Assembly: GCF_035594765.1 (NCBI RefSeq)
Contig: NC_085847.1
Location: 9,300,001-9,364,000, forward strand
Length of the DNA stretch: 64,000 nucleotides
From: Anolis carolinensis
Taxonomy: Eukaryota
Direction: 5' to 3'
Of this stretch, positions 33,701-47,496 are shown in pieces. Made by a program: the position numbers and the translations under genes. The notes beneath the pieces were generated by a model. The model did not search any database. It saw only the letters and a program-made list of their open reading frames with translations, and was not told the DNA's origin. Each line of letters starts with the position of its first letter. The stretch's first letter is position 1.

Positions 33701-35264
33701 TATTTGTGATATTTATATCCTGCCCTTCTCACCCCGAAGGGGACTCAGGGCAGTTTACAGGTATATATACATCTATATATATATAAAAGAGTGATGGCAT
33801 CATGGCGACCCACAAAACAACAAAACTACAGGCCCCCCAACCTCGAAATTTGACAACACAACCCATCATCCACGCCTCTAGGTTGATACAACAAAAAGAA
33901 AAGAAAAATAAAGTCCTAATTAGAGGGAGAAGAATAATTGCTTTTATCCAATTGCTGCCAGTTAGAAGGCTAAGCTCCTCCAACTTGGTCTCCTAGCAAC
34001 CCAATAAAAAAATAATAAAAAACACTAAAAATTAATACAATAAAATACTATAATAACAGAAAATAACTAAAAATAATACAAGAAAATAATAAAATATAAT
34101 AAATAAAAATATAACTTACAATAAAATTAATAAAAAATTGCAAATAACGTCAAATAAAAATTACACAACAATTTTTAACCAATACCACCACCACTTTGCC
34201 ACAGCAACGCGTGGCCGGGCACAGCTAGCACAATATATTATATTACTATCTAAAATAGTTTGCTTGAACTAAGTGTGTTATACTGTGCAATCCTTTTGTG
34301 TGTTTTTCTTTCCAGGAATGCACCCCCAAGATGAAGGAACTGTTCAATGGGTCATGTTATAAAGGAGTGTATGGTGGGGATGTTTGCCCTACTTTTGATC
34401 AGCTGTGCTCTGCCCAGGCAGGAAATACTGCTCCCGATTGGTTTCCCTTCTTATGTGTGCAGTCTTCTCTTAACAATACACCTTTCCTTGGTTATTTCTA
34501 CCATGGATCTATGTGAGTATGATGTGTTTGTGTTTAAAATAATCTAAATACTGTGAACACAACCTTTAAGACTTCAATAGCAATCTAAATATGTTTTAAA
34601 AATATTGTTGCAGTTCTTCTTCATACCAAGTCTCTTCATTTAAGATTCCATCTCAAACTGTCCAAGAAAGGCTTTCGAGTGGTTACAAACAAGGAGATCC
34701 AATTCTAACCATAGCAAATACGTATTTTACAGTTCCTCAGGTAATAGCTGTCTGCTTTTACAAATAACATTCCTGTCTGTGTCTGTGTGTTCAAAATAAG
34801 TGAAAAGAGTGACACTAATGTCTCATTTTCTGCTTTTTTCCTGTTGTGTGATGTAGGTGTTCATAGCTGGGCAATGTGCAATAAATAGCCCTGTTGCATT
34901 TCTTCAGAATTTTGAAGTTGAATGTTTTGCTGCTTGCGATGAATTGAATAACTCACTGACTGATATACAAATTAATAGTGGTACTGGAGGTATGTTGCTT
35001 TTGTATTCGGTATTCCATCAATGTTTGGGTTGCTCCAAAGGTTCCAGTATTTTCAGGTGCCAGTGATTTTTTAAAACATTGCTCAGATCACTCACTACCT
35101 TTGCAATGTCCAAAAATACATATGTCTATTTAACTCATAACATTACATTACATGTATGTCACCAACAAGAATTCAGCCAATATCTTTGGCATTTTTCTCA
35201 GAATTTTCAAGGGGAAACATCTGAATGTTTTCTTGTTCCCAAAGCAACAGATAAATTGTTGTTG

Positions 35265-35313
<49 letters not shown>

Positions 35314-35373
35314 GACACAGCAAACAAGATAGATATGCTGGATTTCGTATCACAAAATCACAAGTCATATGAA

Positions 35374-35428
<55 letters not shown>

Positions 35429-37244
35429 CCAGTGACATTATTGCAATAATAATTGGTTAGTAAAGTGTACCTCAGCTGGTTATTTTTGTAAATGGTAGAA
35501 GCAGTAACAAATAATAACCTGTTAGGAGATCAGAGTAACAGGGAATGTTTCTTTTATTACAGCTTGATTATAGGCTTTCACTGCTTTCTGTTTTTTGGTT
35601 TTTTTGCCAGACATCATCAAGCTTCAGGTGACCCATGAGAAGAAAACTACTAATATAGATAGCTGCATTGGTGAAGGTAAATATTATTTAATTTTATATA
35701 TTACATTCATTCTTTCATTGTATGGTAAGAGTCTTTAAGTTCCAATGCAACTAACTCTTCTCTTATGCTTAGGATGCAGAAATGTGACATTTGCAGAGAA
35801 TTACACGATCATATGGGAAGGCAAGAGAATAATAGAAATGAAAGTCAACATTCTTTTCGGGGACATATGTCCAGAAGGTACCATTGTTTTTATTTTGCAT
35901 TGTATAGTCACCAAGTTTCCAAGAATGTTGTTTTTGAGACATAATCTTATTGAGTTATTACCAGAGCATAAATTGAAAGTGTTCTGGTTTTGACACTGAA
36001 GCTATAATATGTATGCTAGCGATAAAAGTTGTTGCAATATGTTGTCCCTCCTTTTTTATAATATGTTCTTTTCTTTATCAGAGGCACCGACTAAGAAATT
36101 CACAGTCAACTTTGTGAGTGTAAATGCTACCAGCACAGAAGAATTTTCTGGCAATCCAGGTGAAATGCCTCATTGGTTATTCACATCTGAGGGTGGTAGC
36201 ACATATGTGACAGTGTAGTGAGCAAACTCAAGGAAGCTTAGTATTTGGCACAATTGCTTGGCAATATAAAACCTTACCCAAAATTCTCTTTGTCTGTATA
36301 GGTTATCAAGTTGGGAAGCCGATTAGAGCAGCAAATCCGAATTCTTCCGACGTTGTTTCCACATTAAATCATTGGAAGCCTGGTATTACATTTTGACAGG
36401 GAAAATTATAATACTGCAGTATAAATATATTAATTAAAGATTTAGATGTATTCTTCTTAACATGTTTTCCTCCCATGGTATAGCTTTTGTTGTGTGTTTT
36501 CAAGTAATTTCTGACTTATTGCAGTTCTAAAATAGTGTTGCATAAAGTCATAAGCAAATGCCTTAAATTGATTGTTTTCTTTTATTACATAGATGGGCAG
36601 AGTTTGTGCACATCATCGAGTCTTACACCTATTTTATTTGGATTAAATTCAGTCTCTGGATGCATTGTAGAGGTTGACCTTAGAGGCAACTGCAGTCAGT
36701 TGAGGTAGAGCAACTTCCTCCCTTTTTAAAATTTGTGGCATATTTGAAGTACAACGTGATCCTAGCATTTCCATGTTTGCATTATCAAAATAAATAAAAG
36801 TGTTTGTTTTATCAAAATAACCCACATTGACTTCAGAAATTCTAAAGAGTTCCCAGCCGCCAAGTATGTATAACATGTTAAACTGATTTACCAAATGTGA
36901 GTGCTAGAAATTCATTTATAACACACATTTCTTTGCAGAGAGAATGTTGTTGAACAATTTAGTACTTTGCTGCAAGCTAACTATATTGGAAAGAGAGGCA
37001 ATTCCAATGCGAGTGTCCCAGATGACTGGGTGGAAATTATCAGTGAGTAGCAGTATTCAATACCATCATGTTCATTGCTGGATTTTAATTTAGTTTTCAA
37101 AATTTAAATTCTGTTACAAGTTATAAAAAAAAACGTGTGAAGAACTCCCATATTTATGCTTCCATATTTTTAGACATGAAATCTAGAATTTTGATATTTT
37201 AAACAACTGGAATTATTGAGCAAAGCGAGTCAGTTGTTGTAGTA

Positions 37245-37282
<38 letters not shown>

Positions 37283-39679
37283 TCTCCTCATGGCTTGAGG
37301 CAGGGTACAACACCATCAAAACACATCACTATAAAATACAGAAAATAAAATGCATATATTAAAGTGCATTTCTATAAAATGCACATATTCAATGCATGGT
37401 ACAAAGATTAAAATACAATAGTGATAGAAGGTAAATTTAAAGTTCATGATTTAAAGTCGACTCTGGGTAGTAGGCCTGCCGGAATGAAATTGGGGATCAC
37501 ACCCTATAAAGAATGGGTAGGGCTGCAACTTAAATATCCTTTTTGATATGTAGCTTTGAATGTCAACATTATTTCCACAAGTAATTCAATAGTTTCTCAG
37601 AACCTTGGTTTCTCCATTCACAGGTTTACATACTCTTAACCCCAATATCAATGAAAGCATTTGGAATCTAAAGGGAATCTGCCTGGATATTCCTTCCCAC
37701 TTGAATATTCAGATTATTACTGCCGATGTGGGTGCAATAGAAGGAGCTGCACAAGAAGAGATACTTGGTGTACAAATGAGGTATGGAACATTTTAAAGAT
37801 GGGATGATTTCTTTTATTTTTCCTTTGCTCAGTTGAGATTGGAGTTGTCTGCCAGGACCACTGAAAATAACTGATCATTTTATATAAGGACATCAATGTG
37901 ATAAACATAGCATACATTTACTATTTTCTCTTGTTGCACTTGATGTTTTCCATTCATAATACAGATTTCTTTCTGCATTCAGTTTTTCAATGATAACGTG
38001 GCAAGCCCAGTGTCCTCTTGTCTGTGAAGTTAGAGACACTTTTCTTCCTATCTCTGTGGCAGTCCAGTTCATTCAAATACCAGCTCAACCTCCGGTTCCA
38101 GTCACAAGGTGACTATCTGGGATGTGGCGCAACCAGAATTCAATTATTTATTTACTACATTTGTAGCCAGCCTTGTTTTCTAGCGAGTTTAAGGTAGCAT
38201 ACAAGGCTCCCTATACTCCTCCTCCTACTAAATGTATTATCTGCCCCTCCTTGTGACTTGGGGCGGGTAATAATAATAATAAAATAATAATAATTTATTA
38301 TTATCAATCTAAGCTTTGATTGGCCCAGGATCACTTAGCAAGTTTCATGACTCATTGTTGACTTGAACCAGAATTGCAGTCATAGAATCCTAAGAGTTGG
38401 AAGAGACCCCAAGAACCATCTAGCCCAACCCGCTCCTACCAGGCAGGAACACACAATAAAAGCACTCCTGACAGATGTCCATCCAATTCGTTTCAGAAGT
38501 CTCTAAAGAAGGAGTCTCCATTAGATTTCCAGGCACTCTCAAACAGCTCTTGTCATCAGGAAGTTCTTTTTCCTGCAATTTGAATCCATGGCTCCATTGT
38601 ATCCCAGGTTCCAAAGCAGCAAATAAGAAGCTTGGACCCTCCTCAATATGACATCCATTAATCCAACTCTTAACTCAGAGCTGGACAACTGTCATGGGAC
38701 TGGATTTCCCTTTTTTTTGTTGGCCCAGTGCTCAAGGTTACAGTTTTGAGGAGGTTTTTTGATTGCTTGGTACCACCACGATTGGACAAACTTGTATTAC
38801 TGCAACCCCCTTGATTTCGTAGTATGAAGACATGGTAATAAAAGTGGAGTCATAGTGTGTTAATTCTGTAGTGTAGATGCACCCCCAAATGGGGTCTGAG
38901 TAATTTCAAGCTAGAAGACAACAACGTTTTACTGCCAGATCCCTTATTTGTACTACAGAGAGCGTGTGTCTTTGTGTGAGACTTTATTTTGAATATTTAT
39001 TTATTTACTATTTATTTACTACATTTATATCCCGCCCGTCTCACCCCGAAGGGGACTCAGAGCGGCTTACAAATCAAATCTACATACAATATATTATTAG
39101 CATAGCACAATATAAGCATTAAATTACTATACTGTACTATATCATTATATGGTAATATTATTAGTAATATTACATTTAATATATAATATAATTATATTGT
39201 ATTAGCATAATATTTAATATCATAATATAATATAGAATACTTTTGCAGATTTCAGATTAACTACACAGAATATGACTGCAGGAGAAATGATGTTTGTTGG
39301 CCGGAGCTTTTTTATCCCTTGACACCCTACTACACTGGTAAGAATGCAAAGTTGTTTACTTGTCAAGCATTCAGAGAGTTTATTTACAGCAAAGTCAAGG
39401 AAAGTGTGACCCTCGGATGCTGGACATCGGCTTGGGCAATCCTTACCTCTTGGATGAGTTGACTGCTGATGGGATTAGTAGTCCGGCTTGTATTTCTGCT
39501 TACTTCCCAGATCACTGTTAAAGTATAAGGAAGGCAGTACCCTTGGTTTCCGACTCTATAAGTCAAACCCTTTCATATTTTATTTTTCAGGAGAACCATA
39601 CTCCCGCTCTCTTGCCAAAGGACTATTGCTGGTGTTTTTTATTGTGATTGCGGTGGTGCTGAGCACTCTTTGGAGGTGA
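30782..39679 (+). CDS. TCTN2: Tectonic-2 (ciliary transition zone protein), 18 coding exons, 672 aa
   Basis: Exons 30782-30851, 31417-31521, 31867-31940, 32729-32933, 33371-33471, 34316-34512, 34614-34740, 34857-34989, 35611-35676, 35773-35877, 36082-36159, 36302-36382, 36593-36704, 36939-37042, 37624-37780, 37983-38108, 39249-39337, 39591-39679 (2019 nt, open frame). Signal peptide [18 protein letters not shown]; tectonic motifs [52 protein letters not shown]; C-terminal transmembrane helix. AATAAA at 39850-39855. Confidence 0.95.
31638..31787. mobile_element. PIF/Harbinger-type MITE
   Basis: TIR GGCCCCTTCCACACAGC with a TAA target duplication on both sides. A related copy lies at ~1505-1632. 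Confidence 0.7.
33772..34228 (+). mobile_element. Non-autonomous Helitron (A-rich interior variant) nested in an L2-tail repeat
   Basis: Same termini as the other copies, different interior. Confidence 0.7.
38380..38660 (-). mobile_element. CR1-type LINE 3' fragment
   Basis: CATAGAATCCTAAGAGTTGGAAGAGACCCCAAG... is the reverse complement of a typical CR1 3' end. Another CR1 piece lies at ~58160-58265 (+). Confidence 0.55.
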
Positions 39680-41081
39680 ATCTGCAAAGCGTGGAATAAG
39701 CCATGAGTGCCCTTTCTCAGACGTCAAGAGAGCTATTTTGACAGCCCCTTTTCTATACTTTTATTAAGTGGTGATTTCAAAAGTATTTTATAGAAAGAGA
39801 AAACGTTTGTATTTTTTTCTGTATATTTTTCTAAGAGTAGAAACGTTAAAATAAAACATCATGTATTTTCAAAAAAATACAGCAATATTTCAAATTTTTT
39901 CAAAATGAAATAAGCCGGTTCAGTTTTAAAGGAAAGGTAATACGATCTGAATTGTGTGCCTTATCACTTGAAGTCGCTTCTAGATCAGTCGGAGATGTTT
40001 CTGCATTAATTTTCTCTGATCAGAATGGGAACACTGAAAAGTAATAACTTGGCCTTCATACTGAAATTAGTAACTTTGATGGCGCCTTGCCTCTTCTCTG
40101 TACCTTTCACTCCTTCTCCCTGAGGGCAGCCCAGTCTAACCCACTATGCCAAGCAGGAAGACACCACCAAAGCCCTCCCAACCGACGGCCATGTAGCTTC
40201 CAAATCACCAAAAGAAATGACTCCACCAGCCTCTCAAGCAATTTTATTTTTTATTCTGTTATATTTTAATCTGTAGTGTGTATTTCAATATATGTATTGT
40301 ATAGTAATGTGTTTTAATATATGCATGCGGTACGTATTTTCAAGTTGTACCCAGCGTTGAGCCACGAGGAGAGGTGAGTAACACATAACATAGATTTTCA
40401 AAATATTATTTGCCATCGGATGCCTTGGGAAAGGGAGATCTTAATCATAATAATCATAATAATACTTTATTTTTCTATTCTGCCACCATCTCCCCAAAGG
40501 GACTCAGGGCGGCTAACATGGGGCTGAGCCCAAAACAGAAACAGAGTATAACAATTTAAAACACACATCAGTAACTGGAAACAAGATACAATTAAATAAA
40601 ACAATTAATTAAAAACATAGCATACAATAAAACATATACACTTATCTAAGACTCGCTTCTCCAACGTTCTGGATAATCCAAGCCATTTTTGTAGTCAATG
40701 TTTTCAATACATCGTGATATTTTGGTGCTAAATTTGTAAATACAGTAATTACAACATAACATCACTGCGTATTGAACTACTTTTTCTGTCCAATTTGTTG
40801 TATAACATGATGTTTTGGTGCTTAATTTGTAAAATCATAACCTAATTTGATGTTTAATAGGCTTTTCCTCAATCCCTCCTTATTATCCAAGATATTCACT
40901 TATCCAAGCTTCTGCTGGCCTGTTTCGCTTGGATAAGTGAGACTCTACTGTAATAACTAAGCAAAATGAGGTAAAAATACAAACATCAACCACTATAGAT
41001 AAAAAGAGGTCAGGCATATGAAAATACACGATTTCAAGGCCTTTTAATAAAGTGCATGGACGTTCAAGAAGTCACACTCTC

Positions 41082-41549
41082 AGGATAAAATGCTCTTCCT
41101 TATAGGGACAGCCACAAGACTTGTTCTAGCTAAAGTTTGGAAGCAAAAAATATATACCTACTATCGAAGACTGGACTATAAAATTGTTTGATTTAATACA
41201 AATGGACAGTTTAACGCAGAAACTAAGAGCCATCAAGGATAAAACAGATTGGTCTGGTTTCAACGCTTTTATTCGAAACGGAGGAAACACTCTTATAATA
41301 GACCTATCCGATGTATGAAAACACTAAAATCTAAAGAACGAAAATTGGGAAACACAAAGGACAATGACAAATCCACAAAAGTACTTCCCTAAGAGGACAA
41401 TGGGAAGTCCGTCCCTCTATATTTTTTTTCTCTTCTCTTTTGTTCTTTTTTTTGTTTACTCTCCAGCACTTTTTCCTAACAATCCGATACTTATGTTTTC
41501 CTAGCTTTCACTGTAACATTACTTATAACATAATAAATTTTTTTTTTAA
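41082..41549 (+). mobile_element. L1-clade 3' fragment with target-site duplication
   Basis: Encodes ...LVLAKVWKQKNIPTIEDWTIKL...DW, followed by a T-rich 3'UTR and AATAAA. TSD AAGTCACACTCTC at 41069-41081 and 41550-41562. Confidence 0.7.
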
Positions 41550-41779
41550 AAGTCACACTCTCTCAGCCTTTAGATGAAGGCCAAAGCCTCTTCCGCAATT
41601 ACTGTGGAATGAAGGTAGCTCGACACAACTTGAAATGGCAGGCTCAGTGTGAGAGAAGCCGGAGAGTTCTAGTTTGCCAAGGCCTTGAGCCTTCTCAATC
41701 TGAGGATGCCATAGCACTGGGCCAAGGCGGCTCGATTGGGGTCAAACGGCATGCGTGAAGGAGGCAGTGTTTCCCACCT

Positions 41780-42147
41780 TCTCGCTCTTGGACTTCAACT
41801 CCCGGCAGCCTCAGCGGCGTTGTCCAATGTGCAGGCATTCTGGGAGTTGAAGTCCACAACCTATTAGGAAGCAGTGGGAGAGGAAAGGCTGGCCGGGAGT
41901 GCTTGGTTCTCCAACCGGAAGTGGGGGCGTGGGGCCGCTCTAGGCACTTGGCGCAACTCGCGAGCGCCTCGGCCGGTCTGTCAGGGCGAACCGGAAGCGG
42001 CTGAGGGAGGGGGGCGGGCGAGCGAGCGGGCGGGCGTTGCTTCAGGGCTTCTCTCCATGGCCCGGCGGTCCGTCAGAGGAGCAGCGGCAGCGGGAGGAAA
42101 AGGACGGCCGAGGAGCCCGCCGTCTTGCCGTTCGAAGCCGGCCCGCC
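41780..42147 (+). promoter_or_regulatory. CpG-island promoter/5'UTR of ATP6V0A2
   Basis: CpG-rich. ETS sites ACCGGAAGT (~41914) and ACCGGAAGC (~41990), a CTCGCGAG palindrome (~41957), GC boxes, and a Kozak context GCCCGCC-ATG at 42148. Confidence 0.75.
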
Positions 42148-45100
42148 ATGAGCTCGTCGTTCCGGAGCGAGCCCATGTGCCTGGCACAGCTCTTTCTTCA
42201 GGCGGGCTCGGCCTACGAGTGCCTCAGCGCCCTGGGCGAGCGCGGCCTGGCCCAATTCCGAGACGTGAGTTGACGCCAGGCGGCGGGGGGGGGGGGGCGG
42301 GGGCGTTCTGGGAGTTCTGTCACCTCCTCTGCCTTAGAGCCCTCCCCGAACTACAACTCCCACAACAGTGGCGCCCTGGCCCTTCAAGGGGCGTCTATCC
42401 ATGGATCCTCCCGTGTCTGCTGACGTGTGCAGCGGCCCAAGAAGCCACTTCCAGCGCCTCTCTTCTGCCCTTTCACTTGCGTAGTTAATAATAATAACCA
42501 TAATAGCTTTCTTTATAGCCCGCCCCATCTCCCTCAGACAGTGGTCCCCAGATGTTTTTGGCCTACAACTCCCAGAAATCCCAGCTGTTAGGGTTTAGAA
42601 GGCCAAAAACATCTGGGGACCCCCAGGCTGAGAACCACTGCCCTAAAATGACTCTGGGCAGCCTACAAGGCCACAATAGTGCCACACAGAACATATCAAA
42701 TGTAACAACAATTAGCCAGAATAAAAAAAAACAGTGCCAGTATAACATAAAATAACAACATAGGTAAAGGTAAAGGTTTCCCCTGATGTTAAGTCTAGTT
42801 GTGTCCAACTCTGGGGGTTGGTGCTCATCTCCATTTCTAAGCCAAAGAGCCGGCGTTGTCTGTAGACACCTCCAAGGTCATGTAGCCACTGCCATGACTG
42901 CATGGAGTGCCGTTACCTTCCCACCAGAGCTGTACCTATTGATCTACTCACATGTACATGTTTTCGAACTGCTAGGTTGGCAGGAACTGGGGCTAACAGC
43001 GGAAGCTCACCCCGCGCCCGGGATTTGAACCTGGGACCTTTTGGTCCACAAGTTCAGCAGCTCAGTGCTTTAACACACTGTGCCACCGGGGGTCCCAAAT
43101 AACAATATATGAGGATTAAAATGAAACACATCAATCAAAATGAAATAACCACAAGCATTGATTATAATTAAAAGCGAGCTATACAAACCAAGTTTAGCAT
43201 CCCAGCCACAGATAAAAAATATCCACATTAAAATGTCAGGGTAAAACTTCATTCTGTTTAGGTCCGCCAATTTTAGATGTTACATTAACCATTGTCAAAG
43301 GCCGGTTTGAAAAGCCGTGTCTTCAGCTCCCTCAGACAGGATTGAATTGTGGCGGCTTGCCTGATCTCCCTGTGGAGGTTGTTCCAAAGCCGGGGGGCCA
43401 CAACCAAGAAGGCCCTCTCCCTTGTCCCCACCAACTGCTTTCAAAGTAAGGACTGGGAGCTGTACTTTGGCGAGGGACCAGCACTCATTGGCAGAGAAGG
43501 CTCAAGACCTTGTCAAACGGGATTCCATCGGATTGAGACATCCCTGCTAAAGTAGTGTCAAACTGCATTGGTGTCGATGCAGCTAAAGTCTCAGAAATCC
43601 CAGCAGGAAGCGGCCCAGCCTCTTTTTGAATATACCCAGAGGCCTCACCATCTTCAACTGACACCGTGATCGTGACTGTCTGTTATGAATGGGATTCAGG
43701 ACAAAAGAACTTTTGTGTCTTAATTATGTCTGTCCTCTTTCTTGTGCTTTCCGATGCTGCTCCAAAAGTTGCTTCCATTGCTTCTTTTGGAATGACCAGG
43801 GTCCGTAATGTGCCCTGGTGAATAGTAGTTTGAGTGAGAAATGTATAGAGTCTCCTTATCATATTTCTTTCTTTGTTTTATGCTTCAGTCATTCCTGAAG
43901 AATGTCCGTCCTGTTTTGAGTTCTTCTCACTAAGATATGGAATTGTGCTTCAGGCGTTTAAGAAAGATAATTTGCATGTTTTATAGATGATACGTCTATC
44001 GATATTGGGATATTGTCCAATTCTTGTTTTAGATCAATCTTCCCAAAATTGCACAATAAATACAGAGAATCTCCTGTCTCACTTGGGAGGTTTGGCCTTT
44101 GGACTAATTTCAGTTGGAGGCTCCATTGATATGAATAGCGTAAATTATTCTTATTGATAATAATATATTCATTATTGTGCTTTTATCTTGCAATCAAGAC
44201 ACATTGGCCCTTAACATATTGTATGTCAGATGGAATAGAATTACTGACTTCAGCTTTTTCTTTAACCATATACTCGATGTGCAATGGTGATACATAAAAC
44301 CTTAATAATAATAATAATAAGAAGAAGAATACTTTATTTTTCTATCCCGCCACCATCTCCCCGGAGGGACTAACATGGGGACACAGTCCAAAACAGAGAC
44401 AAAATATAAACAGTTAAAACACATGGCAAAAATTAAGAACAAAGATACCACAGTCAAATAAAAAGATCGATTAAAAACATTGCATATAATAAGACATAAA
44501 TAACCAAGCAAATGAAGTAATAATACTTACCACTTGAATGTCCAAAGATCTATATTGTTCTTTAACATCTGTATGATGCTAGATGCTACTTAACATCTGT
44601 ATGATACTAAAATTTGTTTCTGGCCTTGCTTTCTCTTTCAGTTTTGCTGACTGGAATATTAACTGTAAATCTGATGAGTCTAGTTTTTCTGATTGATATT
44701 AGCTGCCTTGAACGTTCACATGAATTACAAAATGGCATAAAGTAGCTTCATTATATACTGTATTAAATACTACTGTATTATTAATAGAGGATAGCTATCT
44801 CTGTCAGCACCTTCTTTCCAAGTCAGAATTTTCAGAAACTGCTAAATCAAAGTAAAAGACTATGGCATGAGAGGCAATGTTTCAGTTAGATGCCTCTTGG
44901 AAGCTATAAGAGGTGCATTAAGGCAGTTATCGCTTCTTCTAAAATAGAACCTATAGCACCTGGTGTTTGTTGCCAGTCTCCCATTCAAGTACAAACCAGT
45001 CTGATCAGACAGGATCTGGTGTCTTTAGGCAATTCAGAATCCCATAAATTATGTACATTTTGTTTTCCATCTTTCTAGCTCAATCCAAGCACCAGTGTGT

Positions 45101-47453
45101 TCCAGAGGAAGTATGTGAGCGAAGTGAAAAAGTGTGAGGAAATGGAAAGAATATTAGGTAAGCTTGAGAAGTATGTGGGGATTTGCTATGAAGGAAGATA
45201 ATCTGAATTTTCCAAGAGCATTCAGAAAATGTATATAGCTGAGGTTCAGGACCAGTTCTTGATATACAAAGGCTCACACGGTCCAGCTTTCATGCTGTCT
45301 TTACATATCAATTCAGCTTGCAAGCAATTTGACCCACTGTACCCACCTCTCTCTTCCTTGGGTCAAATAAATCCCTTTCTGGGTAATAGGATAAGCCTAT
45401 TAACAAACAGTGTAACTAGAAGCTATTGAATTCCCCAGCTCTGCTGAAAATATTATTCTGTGTTTCTAAGGTTCAGGATTATTGGCACCATAGTTATAAT
45501 AGTTATAATCCTCAATATGACTGCAGAATTTCATTTCTGGGAAAGCTGTGTTTTGAAAACATGTTATGATTAATTTTTCAGATCAGTATAGGTTTTACTT
45601 TTAAACACCTTTTTAGCAGTTCTGTTATTATATACACAGTAGGCCCTTGGTATCTATTGGTTCTAGGATTTTTCATACCGTAGATACCAAAAAACAAAAC
45701 AAAACCAACCTCTGGATGCATAAATCTCATTATATGCAGTATAGTAAACTGTACCCCTTATTTAAAATGGCAAACAAACAAGTTCCAGGGAGTGCCTGAA
45801 GATCTGTGAAATAATGGGAGGTTACAGCTGGAGTGTTTGTTGTGCAGCAAAATTAAGGTTTGCTTTTAGAATGTATTCCCCCCCCCCCTTGAATATTTTT
45901 TGAGTTTTGGTTGGTTGAATCCATGCAGGAGCCATGGATACAGAGTGCCAGTTGAATTTTATGGCTGTACTTTGGTTTTATTGTGGGCTTGGTAAGCTAC
46001 ATTGCAAGCCTTTCTCGAAGGTGACGTATACATTAATTGAACTGATCTGTGACGACAGTCAAGATAGCTCAGCTTTCTTGCCATAGCAAACTGCTGCTTC
46101 ATAGCTATGTTGTGTAGAGGATTAAGCAAGGCTTTCCCTTGCCTGACTAAGGGACCAAGTGATCTTTGTAGGTTAATACCTTCTTGGCACCCTTCTAGTT
46201 GTTAGTAAAGTGTATATCCTACATATAAGTGTATATGTGATTATGTACACATATTATTCATTTATGTATTATTTATTTAATACATTTATATCCTGCCCTT
46301 CTCACCCCGAAGGGGATTCAGAGCGGCTTACAAATTAAATTTACATACAATATTATATTATTAGCATAGCACAATATAAGCATTAAATTACCATATTGCA
46401 CTATATATATTTTTTGTAATATTATTAATAATATTACATGTAATATATAATTAATATTATTATATTGTATTATTAGTATTATATTGTATTACAAAATAAT
46501 ATTATTNNNNNNNNNNNNNNNNNNNNNNNNNNNNNNNNNNNNNNNNNNNNNNNNNNNNNNNNNNNNNNNNNNNNNNNNNNNNNNNNNNNNNNNNNNNNNN
46601 NNNNNNNNNNNNNNNNNNNNNNNNNNNNNNNNNNNNNNNNCTTATCCAAGCCTCGCTTATCCAAGTTTCTGGATTATCCCAGCCATTTTTGTACTCAGTG
46701 TTTTCAATATATCATGATATTTTGGTGCTAAATTCGTAAATACAGTGATTACAACATAACATTACTGCGTATTAAACTGCTTTTTCTGTCAAATTTGTTG
46801 TATAACATGATGTTTTGGTGCTTAATTTGTAAACACATAACCTAATTTGATGTTGAATAGGCTTTTCCTTAATCCCTCCTTATTATCCAAGATATTCGCT
46901 TATCCAAGCTTCTGCTGGCCCATTTAGCTTGGATAAGTGAGACTCTACTGTATATATAATTAGCAAAGCATGCCATTGTAAGGTCTGAAAAGTCTGAGCA
47001 ATACTTGACAAACATAGTTCAGCATCCTTTATAGTCCAGAGGAAACAAATTGATGTGGTTAAAGTTCCTCAAGGACCAAAACGTTGAGTGCTAACTGTTT
47101 TTGAGGATTGAAAAAGGCTTTTGATTTCTAGGGGGGGAAAAATCTTTTGAGTTATAATTCCCTCTTTCTCCCGCTCCCTTTGCTTACAACAGCATACCTG
47201 GTACAGGAAATTAAGAGAGCAGACATTCCTCTTCCCGAAGGCACTGTTACCCCGGCTGCCCCTCCGCTTAAGCAGATGTTGGAAATCCAGGTAAAGAACA
47301 GTATTAACTCCTGTTTTATTGTCTTACTGTGTTTTATTTTTTGTATATTGTGCAATGTATTTATGCTGTTTTTGTAAATTATGCTGGTCGGGCCTTGCCC
47401 CATGTGAGCCGCCCCAAGTCCCCGTGGGGAGATGGTAGCGGGGTATAAATTTC

Positions 47454-47496
<43 letters not shown>

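Noticed and set aside
41874-42488. 204-aa ORF over the ATP6V0A2 promoter
   Set aside because: CpG-island ORF rich in Arg/Gly/Ala/Pro, out of frame with the true exon 1.
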